From: Candidatus Latescibacterota bacterium
GTDB lineage: Bacteria; Latescibacterota; UBA2968
NCBI GenBank assembly: GCA_965207885.1
Contig: OZ242311.1
Span: forward strand, 3,616,001-3,680,000
Reading direction: 5' to 3'
Length of the DNA: 64,000 nt
Shown: in pieces, positions 1 to 10,432 of the stretch
Layout of the letters: every line of letters starts with the position of its first letter
Position numbering within the stretch: position 1 is the first letter of the stretch
Notes under the pieces: generated by a model
The model's input: only the letters and a program-made list of their open reading frames with translations
Told to the model about the DNA's origin: nothing
The model's database searches: none
Position numbers and translations under genes: made by a program

Positions 1-14
1 ACTATAACATTTTT

Positions 15-1211
15 TAAAGTACACGACAAAAAATAAAAGACCTGTGCAAAACGTGAAAAAGAGTTAGGTTTGAATGTGTGAAAACGAACCTTCTCATCTC
101 AACAAGGCACAGGTCTATGTCTCGTCAAGTTATACAACTTCACCATGTATTGCAAGGCCATTTTGGGTGGCATAAAGCACGCATCACTTTCACAGCGGCC
201 TTCATCTTGTCTTTGGTCAAGCTGAGCAGGGTCAACTTCGCCAAATTGGCTAATGCGCTAAATGGACAGGTCAAACCGCAATCAAATTACCGCAGGATAC
301 AGCGTTTTTTCGCTGAGTTTGACATTCCTTATGAAGCCGTGACGCGACTGATCTTGCACTTATTACCTATAAAGACCGATTTTGCAGTCTCAATAGATCG
401 CACTAATTGGAAGTTAGGCAAATTCAATATCAACATCCTAACCGCAGGCATTATCTATGAAGGGGTCGCCTTTCCTATGTGTTGGCACTTGTTAAAAAAA
501 CGAGGCAATTCCAATAGTGATGAGCGTATCAATTTGATGAAACAGGTGCTTACGCGCATTCCCAAGTCTCATATCCGCGTTGTATTGGCAGATAGAGAAT
601 TCATTGGAAGAGAATGGTTTGCGTGGTTAGACACACAAAACATCCCTTTTGTCATCCGCATCAAGGAAAATGCCCTTGTCTCAAGGGCAGATAGAGAGAT
701 ACCCATAAAAAAACTCTTTGAAAATTTGCACATCCATCAGCAGGTCAGCCTACAAAGACCTCGCCGCGTTTATGACCTACCTGTGTATGTGTCTGCGCTA
801 AGATTGAAGGATCAATACCTCATTCTTGCAAGCAACCAACAACGTCAAGTCGCATTGGAGGTGTATAAAAAACGTTGGGGCATTGAAGTCCTTTTTGCAA
901 ATTTGAAAAGTCGAGGATTTAATCTGGAAGAGACCCACCTTATACATCAAGATCGCATTGAAAAACTCATCGCGCTTTTGGCTATTGCCTGCACCTGGGC
1001 CCATATCATCGGCGAATGGATCGCCCTTACAAAACCTTTGAAGGTCAAAAACCACGGACGGATGGAAAAAAGTCTCTTCCGATATGGGTTGGACTATTTG
1101 CAGTATGTCCTGCTCAATATACACCAACAAGCCCAGCAGTTCCTCAAATGCATTCGTTTACTGATTAATCCGCCAGATTTTAACCCGATTTAGGTTTTGT
1201 CGTGTACTATG
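15..1211 (+). mobile_element. IS4-family (IS10 group, ISAba1-like) insertion sequence, copy 1, 1197 bp
   Basis: 16-bp terminal inverted repeats TAAAGTACACGACAAA (15-30) and rc CATAGTACACGACAAA (ends 1211), similar to ISAba1 CTCTGTACACGACAAA. Ends fixed by comparing flanks with copy 2 and by 9-bp target duplications. Confidence 0.95.
78..1193 (+). CDS. IS4-family DDE transposase
   Basis: SIDRTNW, LADREF and YREK motif YKKRWGIEVLFANLK. Start could be GTG 78 or ATG 117. Confidence 0.95.
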   Translation: MKTNLLISTRHRSMSRQVIQLHHVLQGHFGWHKARITFTAAFILSLVKLSRVNFAKLANALNGQVKPQSNYRRIQRFFAEFDIPYEAVTRLILHLLPIKTDFAVSIDRTNWKLGKFNINILTAGIIYEGVAFPMCWHLLKKRGNSNSDERINLMKQVLTRIPKSHIRVVLADREFIGREWFAWLDTQNIPFVIRIKENALVSRADREIPIKKLFENLHIHQQVSLQRPRRVYDLPVYVSALRLKDQYLILASNQQRQVALEVYKKRWGIEVLFANLKSRGFNLEETHLIHQDRIEKLIALLAIACTWAHIIGEWIALTKPLKVKNHGRMEKSLFRYGLDYLQYVLLNIHQQAQQFLKCIRLLINPPDFNPI

Positions 1212-2586
1212 AAAATTTCAACAAGATCAATCCCGCTATGGCTAAGATTGCGGGCAATACGGCAAAGAGAAAGCGCATCCAGAACATTACGCCCGGATCC
1301 TGCGCCACCCCTTTTGTAGCATCAAATCCAATGATCGCCAGAATATATCCCTGCCCGAGCGCGAATGTGGTCGCCTGTGTCACTTTTTGAAACCAGCCGG
1401 TTGCCGCGCCGTACATGCCTTCGCGCCGAAAGCCGGTTTTCCATTCGTCCCAATCGCAGATATCGGCTTTCATCGACGTAATAATGAGCCAGAAGCCCAT
1501 TTCGCCGATGCGGATAAAAGGCTGTACGATGAGTTGCAAATAGGGCATTGCTGGCGTGTAGCAAAACCACTTTAAGATAGAACCCAAGAGAAGAGAGGTG
1601 ATCGCAAGACCGAGGGTTTTGATCTTTCCGATTCGAGAGGACAAATAGGTCAATACGGGAATGGCGGCGAAGGATATAATGGTTCCGATGAGAATTGCGT
1701 GTCCCTGTATCTCGGCTCCAAATTTTACATCTCCCTGGGCAACGTGATAGATGTTGACATAAGGTCCCAATGCCAGTGTGAAATTACCACCAAAAATGGT
1801 TACGACTGTCAAGCCGCTGAGAACCAGAAATGGTTTGGTCTTCATGGTTGTTTTAATAGCCCACCAGACGGGTACCTTTTCCTGTTTGGCCGCCTGTTCT
1901 GAGTGGCCTTCGCGCACGAGGAAAATAGTGGGCAACAGAAATATAAAAATGACCAGTCCAACGCCAATGCCGACATATTTGGCCCCCGTCATGGTGTCGC
2001 CAAAAATATCGAGCGTACAAAAATAGAAGAGATAGCCCACGAGAATGGTGCTGATCTGCTGGAAAAACGAGCGGTACGCAAAGATATTTGTCCGCTCGTG
2101 ATAATTGTGGCTCAGTTCAAAGCCCAGGCTGTTGTAGGATACTTGCAAAATGGTGACACAGGTATAGAGTGCCAGGCTGCCAATTAGAAAATACGCAAAC
2201 AGTGCGTCTTGATTCAGTCCTTGGGGCACGTTCAAAATGAGTGAGTAGCCAATGGCTGTCAAAATCGCGCCCAACAAGAGATAGGGTCTGCGCCGGCCCC
2301 AGCGAGATTTTGTGTTGTCCGAAAGCCATCCCATAAAGGGATCGGTAATCGCATCCCAGCCTCGGGAGAGCAACAGGACAGTGCCAACCTTAGATGGATG
2401 CATGCCCAGCGTAATATTAAAAATAGGGCCTGAGAGCTTTTTGATCGAATTAACACTTGTGTTCATCGGCAGGACGCCGACGCCATAAGCGATCTTTTCG
2501 AGCAGTGGTATCGACGGATACTCACGCCCAATGGGTTCGCCCTCGCCCCAGGGTGCTGCTTTTTGATCTGTTTTACTTGTGGACAC
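1207..2586 (-). CDS. MFS glycoside-pentoside-hexuronide (MelB-like) sugar:cation symporter, C-terminally truncated by IS
   Basis: DAITDPFMGWLSDNTKSRWGRRRPY and ADICDWDEWKTGFRREGMY GPH motifs. Stop codon supplied by the IS end; native tail at 15278-15339. Confidence 0.9.
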   Translation of the reverse strand: MSTSKTDQKAAPWGEGEPIGREYPSIPLLEKIAYGVGVLPMNTSVNSIKKLSGPIFNITLGMHPSKVGTVLLLSRGWDAITDPFMGWLSDNTKSRWGRRRPYLLLGAILTAIGYSLILNVPQGLNQDALFAYFLIGSLALYTCVTILQVSYNSLGFELSHNYHERTNIFAYRSFFQQISTILVGYLFYFCTLDIFGDTMTGAKYVGIGVGLVIFIFLLPTIFLVREGHSEQAAKQEKVPVWWAIKTTMKTKPFLVLSGLTVVTIFGGNFTLALGPYVNIYHVAQGDVKFGAEIQGHAILIGTIISFAAIPVLTYLSSRIGKIKTLGLAITSLLLGSILKWFCYTPAMPYLQLIVQPFIRIGEMGFWLIITSMKADICDWDEWKTGFRREGMYGAATGWFQKVTQATTFALGQGYILAIIGFDATKGVAQDPGVMFWMRFLFAVLPAILAIAGLILLKFS

Positions 2587-2602
2587 AAAATCCTCCTGAT
2601 TT

Positions 2603-4045
2603 TTATTTTTCCTGGGATTCCCGATACTGCTTGTACTTTGCAGATGCAGGATTTACGTGGGCATACGCTTCCAATTCGGTTTCCATTCCGCGGTCATTTT
2701 GCTGCGCCATCCACGCATCGAGTTCCGTCCGCATCTCTTTCATGATACCTGCGTATTGTGCATCTTCGGAGAGGTTTTTCAACTCGTAGGGATCGGTTTC
2801 CAGATCGTAAAATTCCACTGCCGGGCGATGCCGCAAGGCGTGTACCCGGGGCGCGAGTGCTGGATTTTTTTCGGCTGCTTCTGCCCATCCCATTTCGTCC
2901 ATAAACCGCGTCACATTGCACTGAAACACGCCTTCGTGATTGAGATTTGCGATGTATTTATATCTTTTGGAGCGCACCGAGCGAATCGGATAATCTGTCC
3001 CGTCCCGAACACCGCGATTGGTATAAGCGCCATATACGTAATCCCGGTGGTGATTGCCATTTCCCGCGACGAGATGCCAGAAGCTTTTTCCGTCAAATCC
3101 AGAACCCCCATCTGGCGCGCCTGCTCTGCCCGTATCGATTTGTTCGGGATCGCCACCTGCGACTTGTAGGAGCGTTGGCAAAATATCTACATATTGCACG
3201 AGGGCATCGCAGAAAGAACCCGCCTCAATTTTGCCCGGCCAGCGCATGATTAACCCGGTGTGCAATCCGTTTTCATAACACGTCCACTTGCCGCCATAGG
3301 GGAATGCTGATCCCTGTTCTGTTGAGAAAACTACGAGGGTGTTATCCGATATGACTTGCATACACCGTCCCAACTCGGTATCCAGTGCGGTAATTTCGGC
3401 ATAGTACGCCGCCAATCGCTTCCGCGTTTCCGGGGTGTCGATTAAATACGGTGGAATCGTCACTTTGTCCGGATCGTACATATCCTGCGGACCCTTTGTA
3501 TATGGCAGGTGGGGATTGCGCGATGCGACGACCAGGCAATAGGGTTGCCCCGGTTCTCGATTGATGAATTCTTGAATAACCTGGATTGACGCATCGGAAT
3601 CCAGTAATTCATTGGTGCTGGTTGTTTTCAATACTTCAAAGGGAAACGATTCGGACGGTCCGTAGTGTTGCTTGCCAATGATTCCAACGCGGTAGCCCAG
3701 TGCTTTGAAATGATGTGCCAGGCTTTTGACACCCGGATGCACGAATCCCCCCTGGGGATATGCGCCATTGCGTATTGGAAACATTCCGGTGTACAACTGT
3801 TGTCGCGTGGGCGCGCAAATTGATGTGGAGGTAAAACAGCCATCAAAACGCATGCCGTCACGCGATAAGCGGTCCAGATTTGGCGTTTGCACTTCTGCAT
3901 TGCCATATACGCCACAGTCTCGCCACGTCATATCGTCGGCCAAAAACAATACAATATTGGGGCGATCATCTGCTTGTGCCCGAAGTAGCGATGGCATTGC
4001 AACGGTCGCGACGGCAGTTTGTTTGATGAACTCGCGTCGGTTCAT
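2603..4045 (-). CDS. Tat-exported Cys-type sulfatase (N-sulfoglucosamine sulfohydrolase-like)
   Basis: MNRREFIK Tat motif; PNIVLFLADD; CAPTR (CxPxR) formylglycine motif; GKQH; YDLETDPYELKNL. Confidence 0.9.
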   Translation of the reverse strand: MNRREFIKQTAVATVAMPSLLRAQADDRPNIVLFLADDMTWRDCGVYGNAEVQTPNLDRLSRDGMRFDGCFTSTSICAPTRQQLYTGMFPIRNGAYPQGGFVHPGVKSLAHHFKALGYRVGIIGKQHYGPSESFPFEVLKTTSTNELLDSDASIQVIQEFINREPGQPYCLVVASRNPHLPYTKGPQDMYDPDKVTIPPYLIDTPETRKRLAAYYAEITALDTELGRCMQVISDNTLVVFSTEQGSAFPYGGKWTCYENGLHTGLIMRWPGKIEAGSFCDALVQYVDILPTLLQVAGGDPEQIDTGRAGAPDGGSGFDGKSFWHLVAGNGNHHRDYVYGAYTNRGVRDGTDYPIRSVRSKRYKYIANLNHEGVFQCNVTRFMDEMGWAEAAEKNPALAPRVHALRHRPAVEFYDLETDPYELKNLSEDAQYAGIMKEMRTELDAWMAQQNDRGMETELEAYAHVNPASAKYKQYRESQEK

Positions 4046-4063
4046 GATTATCTCCGGTTGTTG

Positions 4064-5095
4064 TCAATAGTCAAAGTCATCTTGCTGTGCTTTGCGAATC
4101 CGAATGGCAAATGCTTCTTGTGGATTTTTTACCGTGATCAGATGGATTTCTTCATCGGTAAAGTTCGCTTTTCGCATCAGCGGAATGAATTGATCAAAAA
4201 TGGCATTATAAGGCTTAAAAGGACGGTCGCCGTATCCAAATGAATTGCCGTCGTGAGAAAGCAAAACCCGGGGCAAAACGCCAAATCTTCTCATATGGCG
4301 CAGCATATCGAGATGGTTATTGAGTGTTTCGTCGCGGATGCTATCCAGTCCGATCCACGCACCTGCCTGCGCAACGGGGGTCAGGTCGGCGGGATCTTTG
4401 ACGCGTTGTGCGTGTGCCCAGACCCATGCTTCTGGGTGTACGCCCATTTCTTCGAGCAGCGCAACCTGCTCGATAGCCGCGTCCGTGCTGCCACTTGTAT
4501 GCGAGACAATTGTCAGGCCCGTTTTGAGATGGGTTTTGCCCGCCGCCAAAATGAGTTTCTTGTCTATGTCAGAGGGCATGCCGGGGTCAACGCCAATTTT
4601 GATAAATCCCGGGCGAATATCTGTCCCGTCAATCCCGTTTTCCCACTCATCAATCCAGCGTTGGGCAATTTGATCAGCCGTTTCTTCAAAGGCGTGTGCT
4701 GGCACATAGCGATCGTGCGCTGCGCCAAAATACCCGGTATTGGTCAGTATTTGCATCCCGGTTTCTTGTGAGATGCGCCGAAGCAAATCCACGCGCCGAC
4801 CAAAATAAGCTCCCGTGCATTCACAAATGGTTTGCACGCCAAATACTTTTAACATTTTGAGATAGGGGATAACTTTGGCGAATAATTTTTCTTCGTCGTA
4901 TTGCGCGACTTTGACCGGCTGCCCGCCAAAAACGGACATGATGTGTTCGTGGGGGAGGGTGAACCCCATCTGCTCGGGTGCTATCGGTCCGGTTACAGTC
5001 ATCACCTGTGGTTTCGACGCAAAAGCCGACGGTGCAATTGCCAGCGCACCCGCAGTTGCGAGACTTTGTTGTATAAATGTTCTTCGGGTAATCAT
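4064..5095 (-). CDS. Tat-exported phosphotriesterase-family (amidohydrolase) metallo-hydrolase/lactonase
   Basis: MITRRTFIQ Tat motif; TLPHEHI (HxH), GFIKIG, SHT, WAHAQ, LLSHD metal ligands. Confidence 0.88.
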   Translation of the reverse strand: MITRRTFIQQSLATAGALAIAPSAFASKPQVMTVTGPIAPEQMGFTLPHEHIMSVFGGQPVKVAQYDEEKLFAKVIPYLKMLKVFGVQTICECTGAYFGRRVDLLRRISQETGMQILTNTGYFGAAHDRYVPAHAFEETADQIAQRWIDEWENGIDGTDIRPGFIKIGVDPGMPSDIDKKLILAAGKTHLKTGLTIVSHTSGSTDAAIEQVALLEEMGVHPEAWVWAHAQRVKDPADLTPVAQAGAWIGLDSIRDETLNNHLDMLRHMRRFGVLPRVLLSHDGNSFGYGDRPFKPYNAIFDQFIPLMRKANFTDEEIHLITVKNPQEAFAIRIRKAQQDDFDY

Positions 5096-5101
5096 TGCGC
5101 T

Positions 5102-7063
5102 CTAAAAATTGTGTACATTGTGTCCCTGCAGGGGGAACCAGATGCAATCTATGACAAATACCAGCCCAGTGCTGAACGCTTGTGCTGCCAGCAGGCCGAT
5201 GAAAAACGGTTTTCCTTTTTCGTATAGCTGCACGCCGCCCATCTTCATCACGACAACTTTGATTGCCCACACAATAAATACCGAGAATACGGTTTTACTC
5301 ACGCCGTAGTTCCCCTGCATGGCCAGTCCAATTGGATGCAGCGGCCAGGCGGGGATCCAGTAGCGAATTACGGTCAAAATCGCCATCGCACTGGCGCCAA
5401 CTCCCGCCCACATCACGCGGCCATCACCTCCGAGCCCCAGGGGATTGCGGATCGCGTTCATCGCAAAATCAAATGCCCGCGGGCCAACGTGCTTGAGGCC
5501 CATATTTCCCAGATTATAAGCCCCGTATTCATAACTCAAGTAAAGTGTGTTGACAATCGAAATCACAAAGCCCACGGCGAGAGACGCCCAGATCACGCCT
5601 GTAATCCGCCGGGGTGTTACGGTCTTATCCACAGCTTTCACCGCCTGTGAAAACGACGGCATCAAAAAGCCTTTGCCGATGTCGGGAAAAAAATTGAATA
5701 CCCGCATAAATGCCAGCGCGGTGATGCTCGAAACCCCCATGATCGATGCCGAGCCAAATGCCTGTACGACCGCGTCATTTGGCTCCAACCGATAATAGGC
5801 ATAGACCAGACCCAGTTCGGAAACAGCGCGTGCCAGGCCCAAAAACAACAACATTGCCAGAACCAGAAATACTATCGCAACCCACAATGCCATGCCGGTT
5901 GCGACCAGCCAGCACGTTGCAAACACGAGCGAGAGCACAAGGCCAAATACCGCCGTGCGGTATGACAATAACTCTCCGCGATCATCTATTTCACAACTCG
6001 GGTCCCACGCTTTGCGCCACACGGCCTTCAAGTGTGCGCGCGCCATCCACAAGCCCCACACCGCGAGAAAAATGAGCGCGCCCATGCTCTGCCAGTTTAA
6101 TAACTCATTTTCCCAGTGCAGACTGGATGAACCCAGGGGATATCCAAAAATATTCGAAGCATAGATCTGAAATGCCGTCAAGACGATAAAAAACCACACG
6201 CTGAACAATACATCTAACCGCGCAAAATAGCCAAAACCTATGGCGTAAAAACTGAGGCGAAAGGGCAATGCTGGAAAATCGGGAAAAGCCCGCCAGTTCA
6301 TTCCCTCAATAGAAATATGCGGGAAAGCCGGCGAAAAATAAGATCCGATATTCCACAGCTTTAACGCCATCACAAGGCCAAACGCGATCCAGAACAACGG
6401 GGATCGAAGCATTTTTTCCAGCGTGCCACCCGGCTCAGTCTCAGTCAGCAGGCTTCCCACTTCTACAAGCGGATATGCCAGCCGCTCGTAATCCACCCAT
6501 TGTTTTCGCAAAATTACCACCACGCTGAATACCGCAAATCCCATCGCGCCCAGGAAGCACATCCACCAGAATATCGGTGCGACCCATACGCGCCAGGGGA
6601 ATGTTCCCTTTCCGCCCTCGTAAAACCGCGTCATCTCTCCGCCCGCATTGGTCGGCACCTGCCAGTGCGGGATATGTTCGAGCAAGTACGTCGTCCAGCC
6701 GTTTTCCGTTGAGGCAAAATAATAGGGCGCGGCTACCACGCCGATCAGATGTCCGCTGATCCCGTCATAAGACACCGAGATGCCGACCAGTCCAGAAGCC
6801 AGGACCACCAGCAATTCCGATCGCGTCAACGCCCAGGTTGAACGCCGATGATTTGCCAGCAAGTTGCATATACACAAAATTAAAAAGGGATAGTAGAGCG
6901 CTACGGGAAAATGGCTGCGGCTGATATTGGATCCCGATGTGTAATACGGCATCCATTCATTCCACAGCACACTGACCAGGATCATGGCGACTGACGCAAC
7001 AGCGGTTCGATAGGTGCGCAAACCCCTGCTGATCGGTTTTTGTGTATGTGCTAATTCTGCCAT
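5102..7063 (-). CDS. DUF6785-like polytopic membrane protein (putative transporter), paralog 1
   Basis: Many hydrophobic segments; LRKQWVDYERLAYPL and WPLHPIG motifs. Start set at MAEL (7063) by alignment with the paralog at 15343; the longer ORF start lies inside a terminator. Confidence 0.75.
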   Translation of the reverse strand: MAELAHTQKPISRGLRTYRTAVASVAMILVSVLWNEWMPYYTSGSNISRSHFPVALYYPFLILCICNLLANHRRSTWALTRSELLVVLASGLVGISVSYDGISGHLIGVVAAPYYFASTENGWTTYLLEHIPHWQVPTNAGGEMTRFYEGGKGTFPWRVWVAPIFWWMCFLGAMGFAVFSVVVILRKQWVDYERLAYPLVEVGSLLTETEPGGTLEKMLRSPLFWIAFGLVMALKLWNIGSYFSPAFPHISIEGMNWRAFPDFPALPFRLSFYAIGFGYFARLDVLFSVWFFIVLTAFQIYASNIFGYPLGSSSLHWENELLNWQSMGALIFLAVWGLWMARAHLKAVWRKAWDPSCEIDDRGELLSYRTAVFGLVLSLVFATCWLVATGMALWVAIVFLVLAMLLFLGLARAVSELGLVYAYYRLEPNDAVVQAFGSASIMGVSSITALAFMRVFNFFPDIGKGFLMPSFSQAVKAVDKTVTPRRITGVIWASLAVGFVISIVNTLYLSYEYGAYNLGNMGLKHVGPRAFDFAMNAIRNPLGLGGDGRVMWAGVGASAMAILTVIRYWIPAWPLHPIGLAMQGNYGVSKTVFSVFIVWAIKVVVMKMGGVQLYEKGKPFFIGLLAAQAFSTGLVFVIDCIWFPLQGHNVHNF

Positions 7064-7089
7064 GGTAGGGATGTCCGCGGGATTCACAT

Positions 7090-7129
7090 AAAAAAGGGAG
7101 CCGGTCAAATCAAAAACAGGCTCCCTTTT
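7090..7129 (-). terminator. Intrinsic terminator after the TBDR-CTD-PorV genes
   Basis: Minus strand AAAAGGGAGCC...GGCTCCCTTTTTT: 11-bp stem running into a U tract. Confidence 0.75.
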
Positions 7130-7149
7130 CAAAATGGCGGGGATAGAGG

Positions 7150-8205
7150 CTAAAAGCCCGCCTGAAGCGTCAAGCGGTTGACACCGTCAAATACGCCAAA
7201 ATCGGTGTACGCATAATCCACGCGCAAAGCGAGGCTGCCCAGGTCGCGGCCAAAGCCGACGCCCAGAGAGATACCCTGTTCATCGGTTGGCGTTATATAT
7301 CCGGCGCGCAAAGACAGGGTTTTCATAATCGTATAATCCACCCCGACCTTGACTTGCTCGGAAAAGTCGCGTGGGCGCTCGGTGTCCACCGATAGAATTA
7401 TGGAATGGGTATCCTTATCCATATCCGTGAGATCGATCAAATCCATCGCCAACCCCATGCGGAATGTCAGCGGCAATTCAAAACTCTCCTCGCTGTACTT
7501 GTTTTCCTGAGAGAAGTTTCGCGTGTTCAGCGCCAATGTCAGGCTCTTATATCCCGTCCAGTAGAGCACGCCAAAATCGACAATGGTCGAGCGCTCGCTA
7601 AAAGATTTATTTACAGGCGATGCGCCTTCAAGCCCCACGGGAACATCGCCGAACGATTGCTTGGCGATGCGTATATTGCCGCCCACTGAAAAGCGGTCGG
7701 TAATTGCGCGGGCATAACCGAGTCCGATTGCCCAGGCAGATGGGCTATACGTGCCCACGTCGAGGAATCCCTTTTCGTTGTCCGCGCGAATGGTGCGTTC
7801 AAAATCGCCGTAATCGACGGCAACCATTGACAATCCGAAAACGCCCCAATCCGTATTCAATGCGACACTACCCATATTGTAGGTCACATCTGCAATCCAC
7901 TGGATCTGCCCGGCAGAGAGTTGAAACTTGCGCGTGGCATACGCCATTGATGCGGGGTTGTAAAACATCGCCGATGACCCCACCCTCAATGCGGAATACG
8001 CATCGCCCATGGCGGCAGCGCGCGCATCGGGCGATACGCTCAAAAACTTAAAGCCCGCTTGTGCGCGGCGTTCGCGCGGGAGATCCTGTCCCGGTTCGGG
8101 CACGGGAAGGTCGTCTGGATCTGTCGTATCCACAGGGTCCTGTGCATAGAGCGGCGTCAGACACATCAGACTCAGCGCGACATAAGTAAGAAATTTTCTG
8201 GTCAT
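7150..8205 (-). CDS. PorV/PorQ-family outer-membrane beta-barrel protein
   Basis: Signal peptide; FLSVSPDARAAAMGDAY and AMFYNPA motifs; LRAGY; C-terminal aromatic residue (QAGF). Confidence 0.85.
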   Translation of the reverse strand: MTRKFLTYVALSLMCLTPLYAQDPVDTTDPDDLPVPEPGQDLPRERRAQAGFKFLSVSPDARAAAMGDAYSALRVGSSAMFYNPASMAYATRKFQLSAGQIQWIADVTYNMGSVALNTDWGVFGLSMVAVDYGDFERTIRADNEKGFLDVGTYSPSAWAIGLGYARAITDRFSVGGNIRIAKQSFGDVPVGLEGASPVNKSFSERSTIVDFGVLYWTGYKSLTLALNTRNFSQENKYSEESFELPLTFRMGLAMDLIDLTDMDKDTHSIILSVDTERPRDFSEQVKVGVDYTIMKTLSLRAGYITPTDEQGISLGVGFGRDLGSLALRVDYAYTDFGVFDGVNRLTLQAGF

Positions 8206-8220
8206 TGAAATACTCCATTC

Positions 8221-10395
8221 TTAACGAATAATGACGAATTTTTTGATTATCTTTTCGCCGGTCTGAAGGTCTGTGATCACGGCAAAATAAATGCCGCTCG
8301 TAATCACCTGATTCGACTCTGTGGTCAGGTTCCAAAATTCATCCCCTGTGCCGTCCGTGTGCTCGATGGTGAAAATCGATTCTCCCAGTTCGCTGAAAAT
8401 CTGGATGGTGCATTCGCCCGGGATTTCGAAAAATGCCAGCTTGTCCTGCTGATCAGGGAATCGAATATTCTGATCGGCTTCCAGCACATAGGGATTGGGC
8501 ACAACGCGCACATCACTCATTACGCCGCCGGGCGGGCGCTTCAAAAACGCGGGATCATAGGTCTGCGTATAATACCGGCTGCTTTTCATCACCATACCAG
8601 TGGGCGTCATTCCCGTTCCATCGCTGTTCACTGCACCAACGGATTGGATATAGTAGAAATAACTGATGCCGCGCACCACGTCCGCATCTGCGTATTCGCG
8701 TGCCTCTGGTCCCAGGGTGGCGATCAATTTGTATTCCCAGAGGTCATCCACAGTGCCTTCATAAAAATTGCGCGTTCGCCAGATCTCAAAACCCGTGTGA
8801 TTGGCATTGGCAAAGGTCTCCCACGAAAGCACAATTTGATCAGAACCGGACTGCACATTGAAAACTCTGGGTGGCAGTGGGGGATGTGGAATATTATAAC
8901 CCGATTGCCAGTTTGCCGTCGCCCTTCGGATCATGTGATAGATCGAATCCCGGGTGCCCAGCACCCAGCGATTTTTCGTGTGGGTTTGGCCCTCATAGGT
9001 AATGGGCAGTGTATCGTCATAACCAGAATTTTTGTAAGCCGTGCCCACTGCAACGGCCACATCCCGGTCCAGCCCGTACATGCCTTCAATCCAGACCATA
9101 CTGACGCTTTCGCCCGGAGGTATGGTGTAGGGACCAAATGCAAATGCCGGCACCATACCTCCACTTCTCATGCGATCGATATCAATTTGTGCGGCCATGC
9201 GTTCGTACCACGATTCCGAATCGAAAGGACCCGCAGGCTCCGGCGGTGCTGACCGGTCGGCTTCGTGCGGGAAAAAGTGACCGTCTGTTCCCGGGTTGCC
9301 ATACTCGGCATAGCTCAGTTCAGGATGCATAAAATGGTAGGTGTCTTTCATCTGCTCGGCATCGCCAAAAGACGGGTTGGTAATTGCATCGCCGCCGCGG
9401 GTAAAGCCCGTGGTTCTGGGCTGGCCCTGATCATTGCTCGGATCTGATGGGCTTGTATCTGCGTGCAAGATCGCCCGGGTTAGCATATACGCACCACCGA
9501 GCCGACCGATGGAATCGCCTTCTGTAATCCGATAGTTAACATTTCCGCGTCCACCTCTCCAGATAGGCCCCCCGATGCGGTTTAGAAAGGATACGCGCGT
9601 ACCATTGCCTATCCAGCCGAGCGTGGCGCGTATGCCTGTCCATTTGCCCACATCCTCCTTGCCGTCGCCGATATAGTCCCACATCGTTCCCGAGACACCG
9701 GCACTTGTAACTGAGCGGGGTCCCCAGAGGTGTTCTTTGGCTGCAAAGGACAACATCACTTCGTTTGCGGTTTGATCGGGCAATTCGATCTCTTCATCGT
9801 CATCGACATTGCCCGTATTGGTCCAGGTCATTTCCCTGATGTGGTAGTCATCGTGGTACGGGGTTGAGAATGCGTATATCTTCTCTTCCCAGGTGATACC
9901 CACATTGGAATTGGCTCCGCGGACAATCATGCGATCTGACGGAATTGAAGGATCGACACGCGTGAGCACTGTGGGTCTGACGAATGTCTGAAATCCATCG
10001 ACAAATACATCTGGTTTTTCAAACTTGCCAATCAGTTCCATGGGCAATGCAAAGTGTTCGCCCAGGTCAAAAACGCGAGGTCCCGCACGGGCGACTTTGA
10101 ACGACCAGACTTGTCCGTTTTCATCTGTAAAATCTTTTACTCCGATATAATGACGGCTGCGCACATGTGTGCCACCTTCTCGAGCATAAATACCAGGCCA
10201 GTATTTCACACGTGCCCGAAACGGGGGTTGTGTAATCGAAGGCTCTGTGCCTGTCGATGCGTATCGATAGTGATAATCGCCCACATCCAGCCACATCAAC
10301 TCTGCCTGCGCCTGCACTTCGGTAGGCTGGCTCCAGAACACCAATGCCACAAGTGCAAAAGCTGTTCCGATCAGCGGTTTTAAAAATCTATTCAT
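8221..10395 (-). CDS. Secreted protein with FN3-like domain and C-terminal T9SS type-A-like/FlgD-Ig sorting domain
   Basis: Signal peptide (AQA); PPLPPRVFNV...LSW...GFEIWR...YADADV...YYY FN3 pattern; C-terminal VVPNPY...SGIYF...KKFVIIR. Confidence 0.75.
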   Translation of the reverse strand: MNRFLKPLIGTAFALVALVFWSQPTEVQAQAELMWLDVGDYHYRYASTGTEPSITQPPFRARVKYWPGIYAREGGTHVRSRHYIGVKDFTDENGQVWSFKVARAGPRVFDLGEHFALPMELIGKFEKPDVFVDGFQTFVRPTVLTRVDPSIPSDRMIVRGANSNVGITWEEKIYAFSTPYHDDYHIREMTWTNTGNVDDDEEIELPDQTANEVMLSFAAKEHLWGPRSVTSAGVSGTMWDYIGDGKEDVGKWTGIRATLGWIGNGTRVSFLNRIGGPIWRGGRGNVNYRITEGDSIGRLGGAYMLTRAILHADTSPSDPSNDQGQPRTTGFTRGGDAITNPSFGDAEQMKDTYHFMHPELSYAEYGNPGTDGHFFPHEADRSAPPEPAGPFDSESWYERMAAQIDIDRMRSGGMVPAFAFGPYTIPPGESVSMVWIEGMYGLDRDVAVAVGTAYKNSGYDDTLPITYEGQTHTKNRWVLGTRDSIYHMIRRATANWQSGYNIPHPPLPPRVFNVQSGSDQIVLSWETFANANHTGFEIWRTRNFYEGTVDDLWEYKLIATLGPEAREYADADVVRGISYFYYIQSVGAVNSDGTGMTPTGMVMKSSRYYTQTYDPAFLKRPPGGVMSDVRVVPNPYVLEADQNIRFPDQQDKLAFFEIPGECTIQIFSELGESIFTIEHTDGTGDEFWNLTTESNQVITSGIYFAVITDLQTGEKIIKKFVIIR

Positions 10396-10432
10396 TATAG
10401 TTCTCCTGATAAGTCGCGATTCAAAAATCTTC

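Noticed and set aside
8359-9252. 297-aa plus-strand ORF, and similar long ORFs such as 18104-18925, 43679-44344 and 57364-58017
   Set aside because: Antisense shadows of well-supported genes, with no recognisable motifs.
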